From the NCBI GenBank assembly GCA_016840855.1, contig JAEORO010000184.1, positions 1 to 53,750 of the forward strand: 53,750 nt of DNA, written 5' to 3'. Each line of letters begins with the position of its first letter. The first letter of the stretch is position 1. The position numbers and the translations under genes are program-made. The stretch comes from Candidatus Thorarchaeota archaeon. GTDB taxonomy: Archaea; Asgardarchaeota; Thorarchaeia; Thorarchaeales; Thorarchaeaceae. This document shows, piece by piece, positions 1 through 10,181 of the stretch. The notes under the pieces were generated by a model, which made no database searches, was not told the DNA's origin, and was given only the letters and a program-made list of their open reading frames with translations.

Positions 1-142
1 CTCAATAGACAGTTTAATAATGAACCATAGTGAATAGCGATTTAGCTTAGAGGATTAAACTCCCCTAATTGATGATTAGCGATAATGCCATTTTGAATCT
101 CGCTTTTGGTTCAGGCTAGAACCTCACATTGATTCATGTTGT

Positions 143-2902
143 ATGGTGGGTAATGATAAGATGAGTAAGGAGAAACACGTCTACACGTTTGGTGCAGGAA
201 AAGCAGATGGAAATGCCTCAATGAAGAACCTATTGGGAGGTAAAGGAGCATCGCTTGCAGGAGCAACATTACTTGGTCTCCCGGTCCCGCCAGGATTCAC
301 AATCTCCACGGATGTATGCAATATGTACCTCACATCCGGAGGATTAAGTGAAGAAGTCAAATCAGATGTCAAAAAAGCGATGGCACTGATTGAAGAATAC
401 ATGGGCATGAAATTTGGAGACCCCAAGAATCCACTTCTTGTATCTTGCAGGTCTGGTGCACGAAGCTCAATGCCGGGTATGATGGAAACCGTACTCAACG
501 TTGGTCTAACAACGTCCACAATCCCAGGTCTCGTTGAAACAACCCAAAACGAGAGATTCGTCTATGACTCGTATAGACGTCTCATTATGATGTTCTCCGA
601 TGTTGTCATGGAGAAGGCTGCAGGGATAGAGCCTGAAGAGGGTTTAGGCATTCGACAGCGACTCGAGAGAATCCTAGAGAGGAAGAAAAAGGACGTGGGC
701 TGCTTGACTGACACATGCCTGAAGGTGGAAGATCTAAAGGAAATTGTGGAGGATTTCAAAGACACCATCAAAAAGACAATGGGTGTTGAATTTCCAGATG
801 ATCCCTACGACCAGTTGTGGGCTGCAATTGGTGCAGTCTTCAAGAGCTGGGGAGGCGCCCGTGCTGTAGCGTATCGAAGGATTGAGAACATCCCTGATGA
901 GTGGGGAACAGCTTGCACAGTTCAGAGTATGGTCTTTGGCAACATGGGCGACAGCTCAGCGACAGGAGTGGCATTCTCTCGAAACCCAGCAACAGGTGAG
1001 AATAATTTCTATGGAGAGTTCCTCATAAATGCGCAGGGCGAGGATGTCGTAGCAGGTATACGAACTCCAAATGCGATGAATGAAGAAAGTAAAAATGAAC
1101 AAAGCAAGGATTTACCTACACTTGAAGAAACCATGCCTGAAATTTACGAACAGCTTGTTGACATAAAGAATACGCTGGAAAATGACACCAAAGACATGGT
1201 TGATATCGAATTCACAATTCAGGAAGGAAAATTGTTTCTAGTTCAGCACAGGGTAGGTAAAAGAACAGCTACTGCGGCACTAAATATTGCAATGGATATG
1301 CTTCATACCAAGTTTATTGATGAACCAGCAGCTATCCTTAGAGTTGATCCAGAACAGCTTGGACAACTCCTCTATCCAATACTAGACCCAAATGCAGAAG
1401 CTGAAGCCAAGCTAATTGCCAGAGGGCTCCCAGCAGGGCCAGGTGGCGCATCGGGTCAAATCGTCTTTACATCTGAGGCTGCAGTTGAAGGGCATAAGAA
1501 TGGTAAGAAAGTAATCCTTGTACGCGAAGAGACCAGTCCCGAAGACATCGAAGGTATGCGGGCTGCAAATGCTATTCTCACAGCTCGAGGAGGGATGACA
1601 AGCCATGCTGCGCTTGTAACACGCGGATGGGGCAAATGCTGTATTGTTGGTGCGGCAGGTCTCGATATTAATACATTTGAGAAAACGCTGACTGTTAACG
1701 ACAAGGTGTACAGAGAGGGTGATCTTCTAACCCTCAATGGCACCATGGGCTTGGTCTATGATGGCGAGTTACCAATGATTGAGGCAACTGAAAACCCAAA
1801 ACTAAAGGAATTCATGAGCCTAATCGATAAGTACCGTAGACTAGGAGTGCGAGCAAATGCAGATAATCCTGAAGATGCTGAGATTGCTTTAAAGTTCGGA
1901 GCTGAGGGTATAGGCCTTCTCAGAACGGAGCATATGTTCTACGGGGAAGGAAGCAGTGAACCTTTATTCCTTCTCCGGAAAATGATTCTGAGCAACACAA
2001 AGCGAGAGAGACAGCATGCGCTTCAAGAACTCGCACCGTATGTCAAAGAAGACATCAAGGCTACTCTTGCAGTTATGAATGGATTGCCAGTAACTATCCG
2101 TTTGCTCGATCCGCCCTTGCATGAGTTTGTCCCCCAGTCAAGAATTGGCCAAGAAAGACTGGCTCATTCATTGGGCATCACAGTTGATGATGTTCGGAAA
2201 CGCGGCGAGCAGATTCATGAACAGAATCCAATGATGGGTTTACGGGGCGTGCGCTTAGGGATTGTTTATCCTGAGGTCTATGAGATGCAGGTCAGAGCCA
2301 TTCTTGAAGCTGGCGCAGAACTAATGCAAGAAGGTAAGAAGGTTTCTTTAGAGATAATGATTCCAGTCACTATTGGTTCCGCGGAGCTCAAGACAATGGA
2401 GTTGATAGTTGATCGGGTCTACAAGGAGGTTCGGGATGAAGTTGGTTTTGACATCCCATACCTGTATGGTACAATGATTGAGATCCCAAGAGCCTGCATG
2501 CGTGCTGGAGATATGGCTGAATCAGCTCAGTTCTTTTCTTTTGGTACTAACGACCTCTCGCAGATGGGTTTCGGTTTCAGTAGGGATGACATAGATTCAT
2601 TCTTGCCAGAATACCTAGACCGTCATATCCTAAGAAATGATCCATTTGTTAGCATCGATAAAAGAGGTATAGGTCAACTCATTGAGATTGCAATTGAGAG
2701 AGGAAAAAAGACTCGACCTGACATCAAACTTGGAGTGTGTGGAGAGCATGGTGGAGACCCTCGATCTGTTGAGTTCTTCCACGATATAGGTCTAAACTAT
2801 GTTTCATGTTCACCATACAGATTACCAATTGCGAGATTAGCTGCAGCTCAAGCGGCAATAAAATCAGTTGATTGGTTACTTCTGAAAGATAGAACAAAAT
2901 AG
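143..2902 (+). CDS. ppdK: Pyruvate, phosphate dikinase
   Basis: LLGGKGA, PLLVSCRSGA, NAQGEDVVAGIRTP, phospho-His motif GGMTSHAA, GIGLLRTEHMF, FSFGTNDL, GVCGEHGGDP. Start may be ATG 161. Confidence 0.97.
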   Translation: MVGNDKMSKEKHVYTFGAGKADGNASMKNLLGGKGASLAGATLLGLPVPPGFTISTDVCNMYLTSGGLSEEVKSDVKKAMALIEEYMGMKFGDPKNPLLVSCRSGARSSMPGMMETVLNVGLTTSTIPGLVETTQNERFVYDSYRRLIMMFSDVVMEKAAGIEPEEGLGIRQRLERILERKKKDVGCLTDTCLKVEDLKEIVEDFKDTIKKTMGVEFPDDPYDQLWAAIGAVFKSWGGARAVAYRRIENIPDEWGTACTVQSMVFGNMGDSSATGVAFSRNPATGENNFYGEFLINAQGEDVVAGIRTPNAMNEESKNEQSKDLPTLEETMPEIYEQLVDIKNTLENDTKDMVDIEFTIQEGKLFLVQHRVGKRTATAALNIAMDMLHTKFIDEPAAILRVDPEQLGQLLYPILDPNAEAEAKLIARGLPAGPGGASGQIVFTSEAAVEGHKNGKKVILVREETSPEDIEGMRAANAILTARGGMTSHAALVTRGWGKCCIVGAAGLDINTFEKTLTVNDKVYREGDLLTLNGTMGLVYDGELPMIEATENPKLKEFMSLIDKYRRLGVRANADNPEDAEIALKFGAEGIGLLRTEHMFYGEGSSEPLFLLRKMILSNTKRERQHALQELAPYVKEDIKATLAVMNGLPVTIRLLDPPLHEFVPQSRIGQERLAHSLGITVDDVRKRGEQIHEQNPMMGLRGVRLGIVYPEVYEMQVRAILEAGAELMQEGKKVSLEIMIPVTIGSAELKTMELIVDRVYKEVRDEVGFDIPYLYGTMIEIPRACMRAGDMAESAQFFSFGTNDLSQMGFGFSRDDIDSFLPEYLDRHILRNDPFVSIDKRGIGQLIEIAIERGKKTRPDIKLGVCGEHGGDPRSVEFFHDIGLNYVSCSPYRLPIARLAAAQAAIKSVDWLLLKDRTK

Positions 2903-2912
2903 AAATTGGAGG

Positions 2913-2961
2913 AGCTTCTTATCTTGGAAGCTGCATCAACTATTTTCTCTTTTGACTTTTT
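2913..2961 (+). terminator. Possible terminator after ppdK
   Basis: AGCTTCT/GGAAGCT hairpin (2913-2932) followed by T-rich tract TATTTTCTCTTTTGACTTTTT. Confidence 0.4.
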
Positions 2962-3118
2962 CACCGTCTACAGTGGTTTCTTTATCATTATGGAATCACA
3001 TTGTGCAAAAAAGATGTCATAAAATATACGAAAGTAGTAAAGGCTGCGAGGTCAAAACTTAAAACTGAGATATCGCGGCCAAGGCACCAATTCACATCAT
3101 CTCCTAAGGGTTGATAGA

Positions 3119-4072
3119 ATGAAACGGATATTGGTGACTGGCAGTTATGGTCAAATTGGGACCGAGCTAATTGGTGCTTTGAGGAAGAAATATGGTGGCG
3201 ACAATGTTGTAGCCACTGGAAGAAAAAAGCCTCCTGAAATTCTCAAGAAAGACGGACCTTATTTACAGCTCGATGTACTTGACGAAAACCAGTTACATGC
3301 AATGCTCGTTGATAATGACATCGATATTGTGATACATAATGCATCCGTTCTTTCAGGGGTTGGTGAAAAGAACCCCCAACTAGCCTATAGGACCAATATT
3401 GAGGGGTCCTACAATGTCCTCGAAGCCGTTAGAATTCTTGAACTAGATCAGGTCATGATTCCAAGTTCGATTGCAGCTTTTGGACCTAGTACTCCAAAAG
3501 AAAATACACCAAATGATGTCATCACAAGACCGACAACAGCATACGGTGTTTCCAAAGTCTTCATTGAATTATGGGGAGAATACTATGTCAAACGTTATGG
3601 CGTAGACTTCCGCTCACTGCGTTATCCCGGTATTGTCAGTTCAGAGGCATTTCCAGGTGGAGGCACAACTGACTATGCTGTTGAGATTTTCTATGAAGCA
3701 CTAAGACACAAGAAGTACACCTCATTTCTTGACAAGGGAACCTATCTCCCTATGATGTATATGCCAGATTGCACCAAGTGCACCATAGACCTAATTGAAG
3801 CGGATGTGAGTAAGCTAAAGCATAGGAGTTTCAATATTACTGCAATGAGCTTTGCACCAGAGGAGCTTGCTGCGGAAATAAAGGAACACATTCCTGAGTT
3901 TGAAATAAGTTATGAGCCTGACTTCAGGCAGGAGATAGCTGAGTCTTGGCCAGCATCACTTGATGACAGTGCAGCCCGCCAGGAGTGGGGCTGGAAGCCA
4001 GATTATGACTTGCCAGCTATGACCAAGGATATGTTGGATAAGCTTTCAAAGAAGCTCGGAATCAGCTATTGA
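3119..4072 (+). CDS. tdh: L-threonine 3-dehydrogenase (extended SDR / NAD-dependent epimerase family)
   Basis: TGSYGQIG Rossmann motif, PSSIAAFG, YGVSK catalytic YxxxK, and the SDR-type TDH signatures PGGGTTDYAV and LPMMYMPD. Confidence 0.88.
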   Translation: MKRILVTGSYGQIGTELIGALRKKYGGDNVVATGRKKPPEILKKDGPYLQLDVLDENQLHAMLVDNDIDIVIHNASVLSGVGEKNPQLAYRTNIEGSYNVLEAVRILELDQVMIPSSIAAFGPSTPKENTPNDVITRPTTAYGVSKVFIELWGEYYVKRYGVDFRSLRYPGIVSSEAFPGGGTTDYAVEIFYEALRHKKYTSFLDKGTYLPMMYMPDCTKCTIDLIEADVSKLKHRSFNITAMSFAPEELAAEIKEHIPEFEISYEPDFRQEIAESWPASLDDSAARQEWGWKPDYDLPAMTKDMLDKLSKKLGISY

Positions 4073-4131
4073 AACTCAATTCCATCGTCACCTTTATGTC
4101 AAAGCATGCTGGTTGAGAAAACACTGAAACG

Positions 4132-5889
4132 GTGAACTTCATGGATAGACAGCCGCTTTACTTCACCATTTTCATCTTATCCATTCTAATCTGTTCTTCA
4201 TTCTATCTATCATGGGCTGGAGATAGAGGATTGGGAGAGGTTTCTGTGACAAGGTTGTCAGTTGAAAGTGCTCCCGGTAGATCTGTTGAAGTTCTCATTT
4301 ATTCACCAAGAACTGCAAATCACTACGAACCGATGCCAGTGATTCTGACTATCCATGGGCTCACAGGGTCAAAGGAAGGAATGTTTCCATTCAATATCGA
4401 GCTTGCACGACGAAACTTTACTGTGGTGTCTATAGACCTTCCAGGACATGGAGACTCACTTACGCAATTTGACATCTCTGATTTCTCCCAAATGGCACAA
4501 GATGCCTATGCCGCCTTGAGGTATGTGCAAACCACCTTCGCAACTGTTGACAATCAGAGCTATGGCGTTCTTTCGCACTCGCTTGGTTTTCGAGTAGCAA
4601 TTGAGCTTGAAAATTTTCCATTATCACCAAAGGCATATGCTGCAGTTGGAGATGTGGGTAAACTAACCCAAAATGAGTTCGTTGAATTTCCAAAGAACCT
4701 ACTATTTGCGATTGGATTGCTTGATGAGATAGTGAGCCAACAAGATGCGCTACAAGCAATCCGTGTAGCCACCGATAATGAATCAGCAGTTGCAGGCGTA
4801 ACCTATGGATCGTTAGATAACAAGACAGCTTATAGACTCTCATTTGGCATCTCAAATCATGCCTCTGAAATTGTTGATAGTACTTTAGTCAATGAAACAA
4901 TATCGTGGCTAGTTCAAGGTGTACAAGGAGAATCACAACTACTGCATACAAAACCACCTTCAGAGCAGGTTTACTCCAATGAAAATGTAGCATCAATAAC
5001 TGGTTCGTTCTTTATTCTTATTTCAGTAATCCCAGTTATGTGGCTAGTTTACAGTTTCCTTCCTGAAAGATTTAGACCTCGCCGAATATTGAACAAGAAT
5101 CATATCTATAATTTCAGAAAGACCTTGGGAATTAGCTCTATTCTTGGAGCAGGAATGGTAATTGTATACATTACGAGTGCACTTCTCGGATTGTATCTCG
5201 AGGACATTGGAATCACTTGGTTGAACTTAATGTCTGGGACGGGACTTATTCTATTCCTGATTTTTGAAGTAATTGCCATGATTTTGCTGATGATTTTGTT
5301 CATGGGTTCCAAGAATACAAGCACAATACTATCGATTGCAGGGGTGGAGGTTTCGATTGGTATCAAAGCAGAAGTTATGGATATTCTAAAGGGCTTTATT
5401 GTTGCGGGTTTTGGTATATCTTGGATTCTATTTTGGCTTACACTCGCTAAGAGTGTAGGACCTGGTGTACTTCTGTTATTGATCAAATTACCTATTGGAA
5501 TCCGAAGCGTTGATACAGCAATTTTGACAATTGTCGCGATTCCATTCTTTTTAGTTGAAGCTACTTGGATTAGATGGCTACTGGCAAACAAAATGAACCA
5601 GATTGAGATTTTTGAGCGGATTAGACAGATTGGAGTTCTCTTAATTTCCAGATTCGCAATGGTTGGAGTTTTGACTGTTTTAGTAATCATCGGTGCATCT
5701 GGAGCTGGCGTACCGCTAGGAAGAATCGTTCTTGTTGGTGTAATCTGGGTACGCATTATTATAGTCCAGTTACTTGCCACATTGATTTTGTCATGGGCTT
5801 CTTTAAAGTTTGAGAACACTTGGTCTGCAGTAATGGTTGTATCATTTATTTTCTCACTGGTGCTTGTAGCCACGCTACCTATTGTCTAG
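4132..5889 (+). CDS. Membrane-bound alpha/beta hydrolase (N-terminal TM, hydrolase domain, multi-TM C-terminus)
   Basis: IHGLTG oxyanion loop, DLPGHGDS, nucleophile elbow SHSLG, later Asp (LDEIV) and His (NHASE), then about 8 hydrophobic helices. Start may be ATG 4141. Confidence 0.8.
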   Translation: MNFMDRQPLYFTIFILSILICSSFYLSWAGDRGLGEVSVTRLSVESAPGRSVEVLIYSPRTANHYEPMPVILTIHGLTGSKEGMFPFNIELARRNFTVVSIDLPGHGDSLTQFDISDFSQMAQDAYAALRYVQTTFATVDNQSYGVLSHSLGFRVAIELENFPLSPKAYAAVGDVGKLTQNEFVEFPKNLLFAIGLLDEIVSQQDALQAIRVATDNESAVAGVTYGSLDNKTAYRLSFGISNHASEIVDSTLVNETISWLVQGVQGESQLLHTKPPSEQVYSNENVASITGSFFILISVIPVMWLVYSFLPERFRPRRILNKNHIYNFRKTLGISSILGAGMVIVYITSALLGLYLEDIGITWLNLMSGTGLILFLIFEVIAMILLMILFMGSKNTSTILSIAGVEVSIGIKAEVMDILKGFIVAGFGISWILFWLTLAKSVGPGVLLLLIKLPIGIRSVDTAILTIVAIPFFLVEATWIRWLLANKMNQIEIFERIRQIGVLLISRFAMVGVLTVLVIIGASGAGVPLGRIVLVGVIWVRIIIVQLLATLILSWASLKFENTWSAVMVVSFIFSLVLVATLPIV

Positions 5890-7964
5890 AAGCTTTCTTT
5901 CTTTGGTTTGCTTGCTCGATAGACTATCACCGAAGAAATAACAACAAGTTCGATTGATATTCCAATTATTAGAAAGAATCTCAATAGGTCAGGATTGCTG
6001 GGATTTAAGTCAACATCCTTGAACAAATCATAGAAGTATATCTCGTGCATGGGATTATGGACCAAGCCATCACCGTGCAACCAAGCTCGCCACACACGAA
6101 AATCTGTTTCTTGGGATAACCAAAGATATGGAAAATCATACGCTATTGTTTCCTGGAGAACATTGAGAACCTGTGTTCGTTCATCTTTATCAACTACAGT
6201 TCTTTGCTGTGTAAACAAAGAATTCACTAATGAGTTATTGTAACCTATTCTTCTAGCGAGAAAACCTTCATGATATATTATTGGAAACAAATAGTCATCT
6301 GGATCTGCAAAATCAGGAGTCCATCCTGTAAAATAAACAAGTATTCGTTGATTTCGTAACCAATCTACATAGACTGGCAATGGAAGACCTTCTTGTGTGC
6401 AATCCATCGGTTGGTGAAGTCCAGTTTGGTTGGCAAGAGGAGAAGCCCAGATGGTTATAAGAGCTTCTTCCATCAAAGTGTAAAACAGACTTGGCCCAGA
6501 TGAACTAAGAGCATAATTCAACTTGATTGTATTTTCAAGTGCATTAAGTACATTGACAAAGTTAGAATCTGTCATGGCCTGATTCCATTCTTCCACAGCC
6601 ATGGTCAGGTTTCGTGAAAATTCAAACAGAGTCCCATTGTGACCGTACATACCAATGGGGATTGGTCCCTGTGAGCGAACTCCGAAACGCAGTAGTTCTT
6701 GGTCCACAAAAGCATCAAACAGGAATGCAAAATATACCGCTTTCCTGAAGTGAATGTTGCTAAAGGGACTTTGATAATCGGTTTCGTTTATGCGTATGGT
6801 TGCCATATTGAATCCAGCGAAGAGAAGAGAAAAACTTAGGTCTCCAGTAGAAACAAACAGATCGGGGTTAGTAGTATTCCTGGATAGTGGACTCCAGGTT
6901 TCAAAAGCATCGGTTTTTAGCCAATCGCATCCGTCTGTTGTTCCAGCTTGAAGGTTTAGTTTTCTTGAATTTGAGTCTTGATTTATTTGAATTATGACAT
7001 TGATTATACTACCTGCCATTGGACTAGTTGAGCTTCTCCAATAGTTAGAATTCACCCCGAGTTCAATATAGTCATCCAAGAACCAATCAACTAATTTGTA
7101 CGGTCCTGTTCCACACATATCTTCAGCCATATGATTTTCAAACTCACCAAAATCGACCCCGTAATTTTCCCATGTCGCAAGTGAAGGATTAGAGGCGTGT
7201 AATAGCGCATAAGTTGGGCTCATAATGGATCCTGCTGAAGTTGATAATGCAGCAATAAAGGGAGAATATGGTTCTTCCAGAACAAACTGTATTGTGTAGT
7301 TATCTAGAATGTTAATCGCGCCTGAGGATGATATCCAATCGTTGAATGCATTTTGATATGCAATTGAAGTAGAACCTTCATTGTATGCAATGTTTTCTAA
7401 TGCAAATCCACCTTTTAGAGGCTCAGCAATCATCCACATGGGCCCCCATTCAGCAAAAATTTTCATCCCTCTCTCTATGTTCCATTTTACGCAGCTTGCA
7501 TTGAAAGGAGTCGCGTCATGAAAGCTAACGTCTTGCCGTAGCTCAATTGTGTATTCCAAGCCATCTGAAGATACAAGAGGAGAGGATTCTGCGAGTAATG
7601 GTTGAATAGGTTCAGAGTCGTTGATGCCAAATGGATAAGTATAGAGAGTTTCATAGACATTATACATTATCCAATTTCCGATCCTCTCATAATTTACATG
7701 AGGATCAAGGGAGTCAGGACCTGTAGATACCTCCCAAATAACAACGTCATTAGATGAGGAGGCTAATGACATTGGATCAAAATGCAGCCCGTAGGCAGTT
7801 TGCAGACTAGAGAGGGACACTCCTAATATTAGAATTACAACTAGACATGGAATGTAAGTCTTCGAGAACTCTATTATTATTCCCTCACACACTCTGTCAA
7901 ACACGATATCAGCAGAAACGGTATAAACTTGTCGCGATAAAGGTTGGACTACATGCATTTCCAA
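5886..7964 (-). CDS. ABC transporter substrate-binding protein, family 5 (OppA/DppA-like), C-terminal TM anchor
   Basis: PDSLDP, NVYETL, YTIELRQDVSFHDATPFNA, GTGPYKL, GWTPDFADPD, hydrophobic C-terminal anchor. True start is uncertain and probably downstream of 7964. Confidence 0.88.
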   Translation of the reverse strand: MEMHVVQPLSRQVYTVSADIVFDRVCEGIIIEFSKTYIPCLVVILILGVSLSSLQTAYGLHFDPMSLASSSNDVVIWEVSTGPDSLDPHVNYERIGNWIMYNVYETLYTYPFGINDSEPIQPLLAESSPLVSSDGLEYTIELRQDVSFHDATPFNASCVKWNIERGMKIFAEWGPMWMIAEPLKGGFALENIAYNEGSTSIAYQNAFNDWISSSGAINILDNYTIQFVLEEPYSPFIAALSTSAGSIMSPTYALLHASNPSLATWENYGVDFGEFENHMAEDMCGTGPYKLVDWFLDDYIELGVNSNYWRSSTSPMAGSIINVIIQINQDSNSRKLNLQAGTTDGCDWLKTDAFETWSPLSRNTTNPDLFVSTGDLSFSLLFAGFNMATIRINETDYQSPFSNIHFRKAVYFAFLFDAFVDQELLRFGVRSQGPIPIGMYGHNGTLFEFSRNLTMAVEEWNQAMTDSNFVNVLNALENTIKLNYALSSSGPSLFYTLMEEALITIWASPLANQTGLHQPMDCTQEGLPLPVYVDWLRNQRILVYFTGWTPDFADPDDYLFPIIYHEGFLARRIGYNNSLVNSLFTQQRTVVDKDERTQVLNVLQETIAYDFPYLWLSQETDFRVWRAWLHGDGLVHNPMHEIYFYDLFKDVDLNPSNPDLLRFFLIIGISIELVVISSVIVYRASKPKKESF

Positions 7965-8003
7965 CAGGGAAAATCTTGTGCCATTTACATGAAGTGTGAA
8001 AAA

Positions 8004-9227
8004 TCAATCTTCTACGACCTGAAATTCGAGACCCTTGTCGTGCAACAGTTTTAGCATAAGTTTCACTGCTTTATCATCAGGGACCTCTAGTATCATCTCA
8101 AGCTCAGCTCTATTTGGTGGGATATCTGGGTCGAATCTGTCTTGATTAATTTCTATCACACTCACACCAGATTGAGCTACAATACTGAGTACCTTATTCA
8201 TACTGCCAACCCTATCAAGAATTGAACCCCTTACTCTCACAGATCGACCTAGTCGGAACAACTCTTTCTCAACGACTCTTGACAGGGAGGACATATCGAT
8301 ATTGCCACCCGAAAGAACTGCAACTGCTTTCTTTCCTTTGATGTCTATCTTACCGTGTTGAAATGCTGCAAGACCGACGCAACCCGCTGGCTCAACAACA
8401 ATCTTAGCTCTTTCTAGAAGCATGAAGAGAGTTCGGGTGACTTCCAACTCTTCAACAGTGACAACTCCAGAAAGCAAACCCTTCGCGATCCTGAACGTCA
8501 GTTTCCCAGGTCTCTTAACTGCGATTCCATCACAAATAGTATCTAAATTTTGAACGTTGACTACTTTTCCCGCTTCAATAGATGCTTTCATTGATGCAGC
8601 TGAGGCAGCCTCAACTCCATAGATCTCTACTTCAGGACGTTGTTCCTTAACAGCAATTCCAATCCCTGATACGAGACCTCCACCACCAACAGGCACAGCA
8701 ATGATGTCAACATCAGGGCAGTCGTTAAGAATTTCTAGCCCTATGGTTCCTTGGCCTGCAATTACATTCTCATTATTGAAAGGATGTAGAAAGGTCGCTC
8801 CGGTTTTTTCTGCCAATTCTCGTGCATGAGCAAGAGCATCATCAAAAACAGCTCCATGAAGCACAACATTAGCTCCATACCCTTCTGTGGCTTGAATCTT
8901 GGCAACAGGAGAAAACACTGGCATGACAATAGTTGATTTTATTCCTAATCTTGTTGCAGCATATGCAGTTCCTTGTGCGTGATTACCTGCAGATGCAGCT
9001 ACAACACCTGCTTTCTTCTCTTCATCTGAGAGTTGCGACATCGCATAAGCAGCACCTCTGACTTTGAAGGATCCAGTTTTCTGTAAATTCTCCAGTTTGA
9101 GATAGACATCACCACCAGTAATCTGGCTAAAGGTTGATGTATGGTCAAGTCTGGTCACATGTTTAATACCTTGCAGAATCTCTTGAGCATCCAAGATTTT
9201 TGAATATACCTTGCTGTATTTTCCCAT
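8004..9227 (-). CDS. ilvA: Threonine ammonia-lyase (PLP) with C-terminal ACT domain
   Basis: KLENLQKTGSFKVRGA PLP lysine, ASAGNHAQG, PVGGGGL, LSGGNID, short ACT-like tail. ATG 9227 preferred to TTG 9257. Confidence 0.92.
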   Translation of the reverse strand: MGKYSKVYSKILDAQEILQGIKHVTRLDHTSTFSQITGGDVYLKLENLQKTGSFKVRGAAYAMSQLSDEEKKAGVVAASAGNHAQGTAYAATRLGIKSTIVMPVFSPVAKIQATEGYGANVVLHGAVFDDALAHARELAEKTGATFLHPFNNENVIAGQGTIGLEILNDCPDVDIIAVPVGGGGLVSGIGIAVKEQRPEVEIYGVEAASAASMKASIEAGKVVNVQNLDTICDGIAVKRPGKLTFRIAKGLLSGVVTVEELEVTRTLFMLLERAKIVVEPAGCVGLAAFQHGKIDIKGKKAVAVLSGGNIDMSSLSRVVEKELFRLGRSVRVRGSILDRVGSMNKVLSIVAQSGVSVIEINQDRFDPDIPPNRAELEMILEVPDDKAVKLMLKLLHDKGLEFQVVED

Positions 9228-9277
9228 TGTAGCCACAGTGTCAAATAAAACACTCAATCAGATTAATGATTCCTATA

Positions 9278-9805
9278 CTAGACTAGCATTAGAAGGCCAA
9301 GAACAGAGTTCATGAAAATTGGGAATAATAGCCAGATGATATAGTTTCCAGGTGGAGCTGTAAATCTATTGAGTTTGGTTGGAATAAACCTGAAGTACCC
9401 ATTCTCTACCGGTGTCCAAAGCCAAAGTTCCATTACTTTGCTCATGAAAGGTTCCAATAACACAAAATCAGCGAGTAACGCAAGCCATCCTGAGAACAAG
9501 CATGCCAATATTCCATCAAATCCTAGTGATAATGCAACTAGGTAGCTTGCTTGAATTGAGAATACCCAAAGGAAGATGATCCATATCGGTACATTCCTTA
9601 CAAAAGGACCATTTCTTTCCTGTCGAGTATAATAATAGTATCCTTGTGAAGAAACGAGATGTTCACCAATCATTGCAATGGTCATGATTAGGAATATGTG
9701 AGGTAGTATCCTCCAGCTAAATTCCTCCCACATAAGATTGGATGTAAAACTTGAAAGAATTACAAACGTCACTAAAAGTATGAAGTTTCTGACTTTGAAT
9801 GACAT
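9278..9805 (-). CDS. Membrane protein resembling the carotenoid biosynthesis hydratase family (CruF / DUF422-like)
   Basis: Multi-TM protein with E..GYYYY..GP...VPIWI..W, ADFVLLEP..LWLW and P.GNY.W, matching the motif order I recall for CruF-like proteins. Confidence 0.6.
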   Translation of the reverse strand: MSFKVRNFILLVTFVILSSFTSNLMWEEFSWRILPHIFLIMTIAMIGEHLVSSQGYYYYTRQERNGPFVRNVPIWIIFLWVFSIQASYLVALSLGFDGILACLFSGWLALLADFVLLEPFMSKVMELWLWTPVENGYFRFIPTKLNRFTAPPGNYIIWLLFPIFMNSVLGLLMLV

Positions 9806-9814
9806 AGACGACTA

Positions 9815-10099
9815 TCACCGTTTTAGCTTTCCTTTTGCAGTATCGATGAATTCCGATGTTCTCTTTCTAAGCGAAATGACCCAAGCTTTCCCCACTTTTT
9901 CTTTCTCGATTCTCTGAGTAGCTAGGCTCCTTTGTACCTTCAAAATAAGATCTACAGCCTTCCCGACTGTCCTGCGATCAATGCCTGTTGCTTTGGAAAT
10001 CCCCGCTATTGACATTGATGGTTTTTCTTTCAAAACTTGAAGGACTGCGGTCATCGCTTGAGCTAAGTCTACACGTGGAACAGTAAGTGGGAGTCTCAT
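9815..10099 (-). CDS. Small winged-HTH DNA-binding protein
   Basis: VLQVLKEKPSMSIAGISKATGIDRRTVGKAVD HTH followed by a wing (EKEKVGKAWVI). Confidence 0.78.
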   Translation of the reverse strand: MRLPLTVPRVDLAQAMTAVLQVLKEKPSMSIAGISKATGIDRRTVGKAVDLILKVQRSLATQRIEKEKVGKAWVISLRKRTSEFIDTAKGKLKR

Positions 10100-10135
10100 T
10101 TCTTTTCAGATATATTATCACTAAATTTACATATA

Positions 10136-10177
10136 TACATTATTATGTACACACAATAATGTTTACACTGTAGTGTA
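10136..10177. promoter_or_regulatory. Three tandem 14-bp palindromic operator boxes (YACA-N6-TGTW) upstream of the wHTH gene
   Basis: TACATTATTATGTA (10136-10149), CACACAATAATGTT (10150-10163), TACACTGTAGTGTA (10164-10177), next to a minus-strand TATA-like element ~30 bp above the ATG at 10099. Confidence 0.6.
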
Positions 10178-10181
10178 TATA

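Noticed and set aside
5106-5873. 255-aa antisense ORF (likewise 20634-21305, 45043-45684 and the many 60-140-aa nested ORFs)
   Set aside because: They lie within or opposite well-supported genes and have no motifs; they are shadow ORFs from codon bias.
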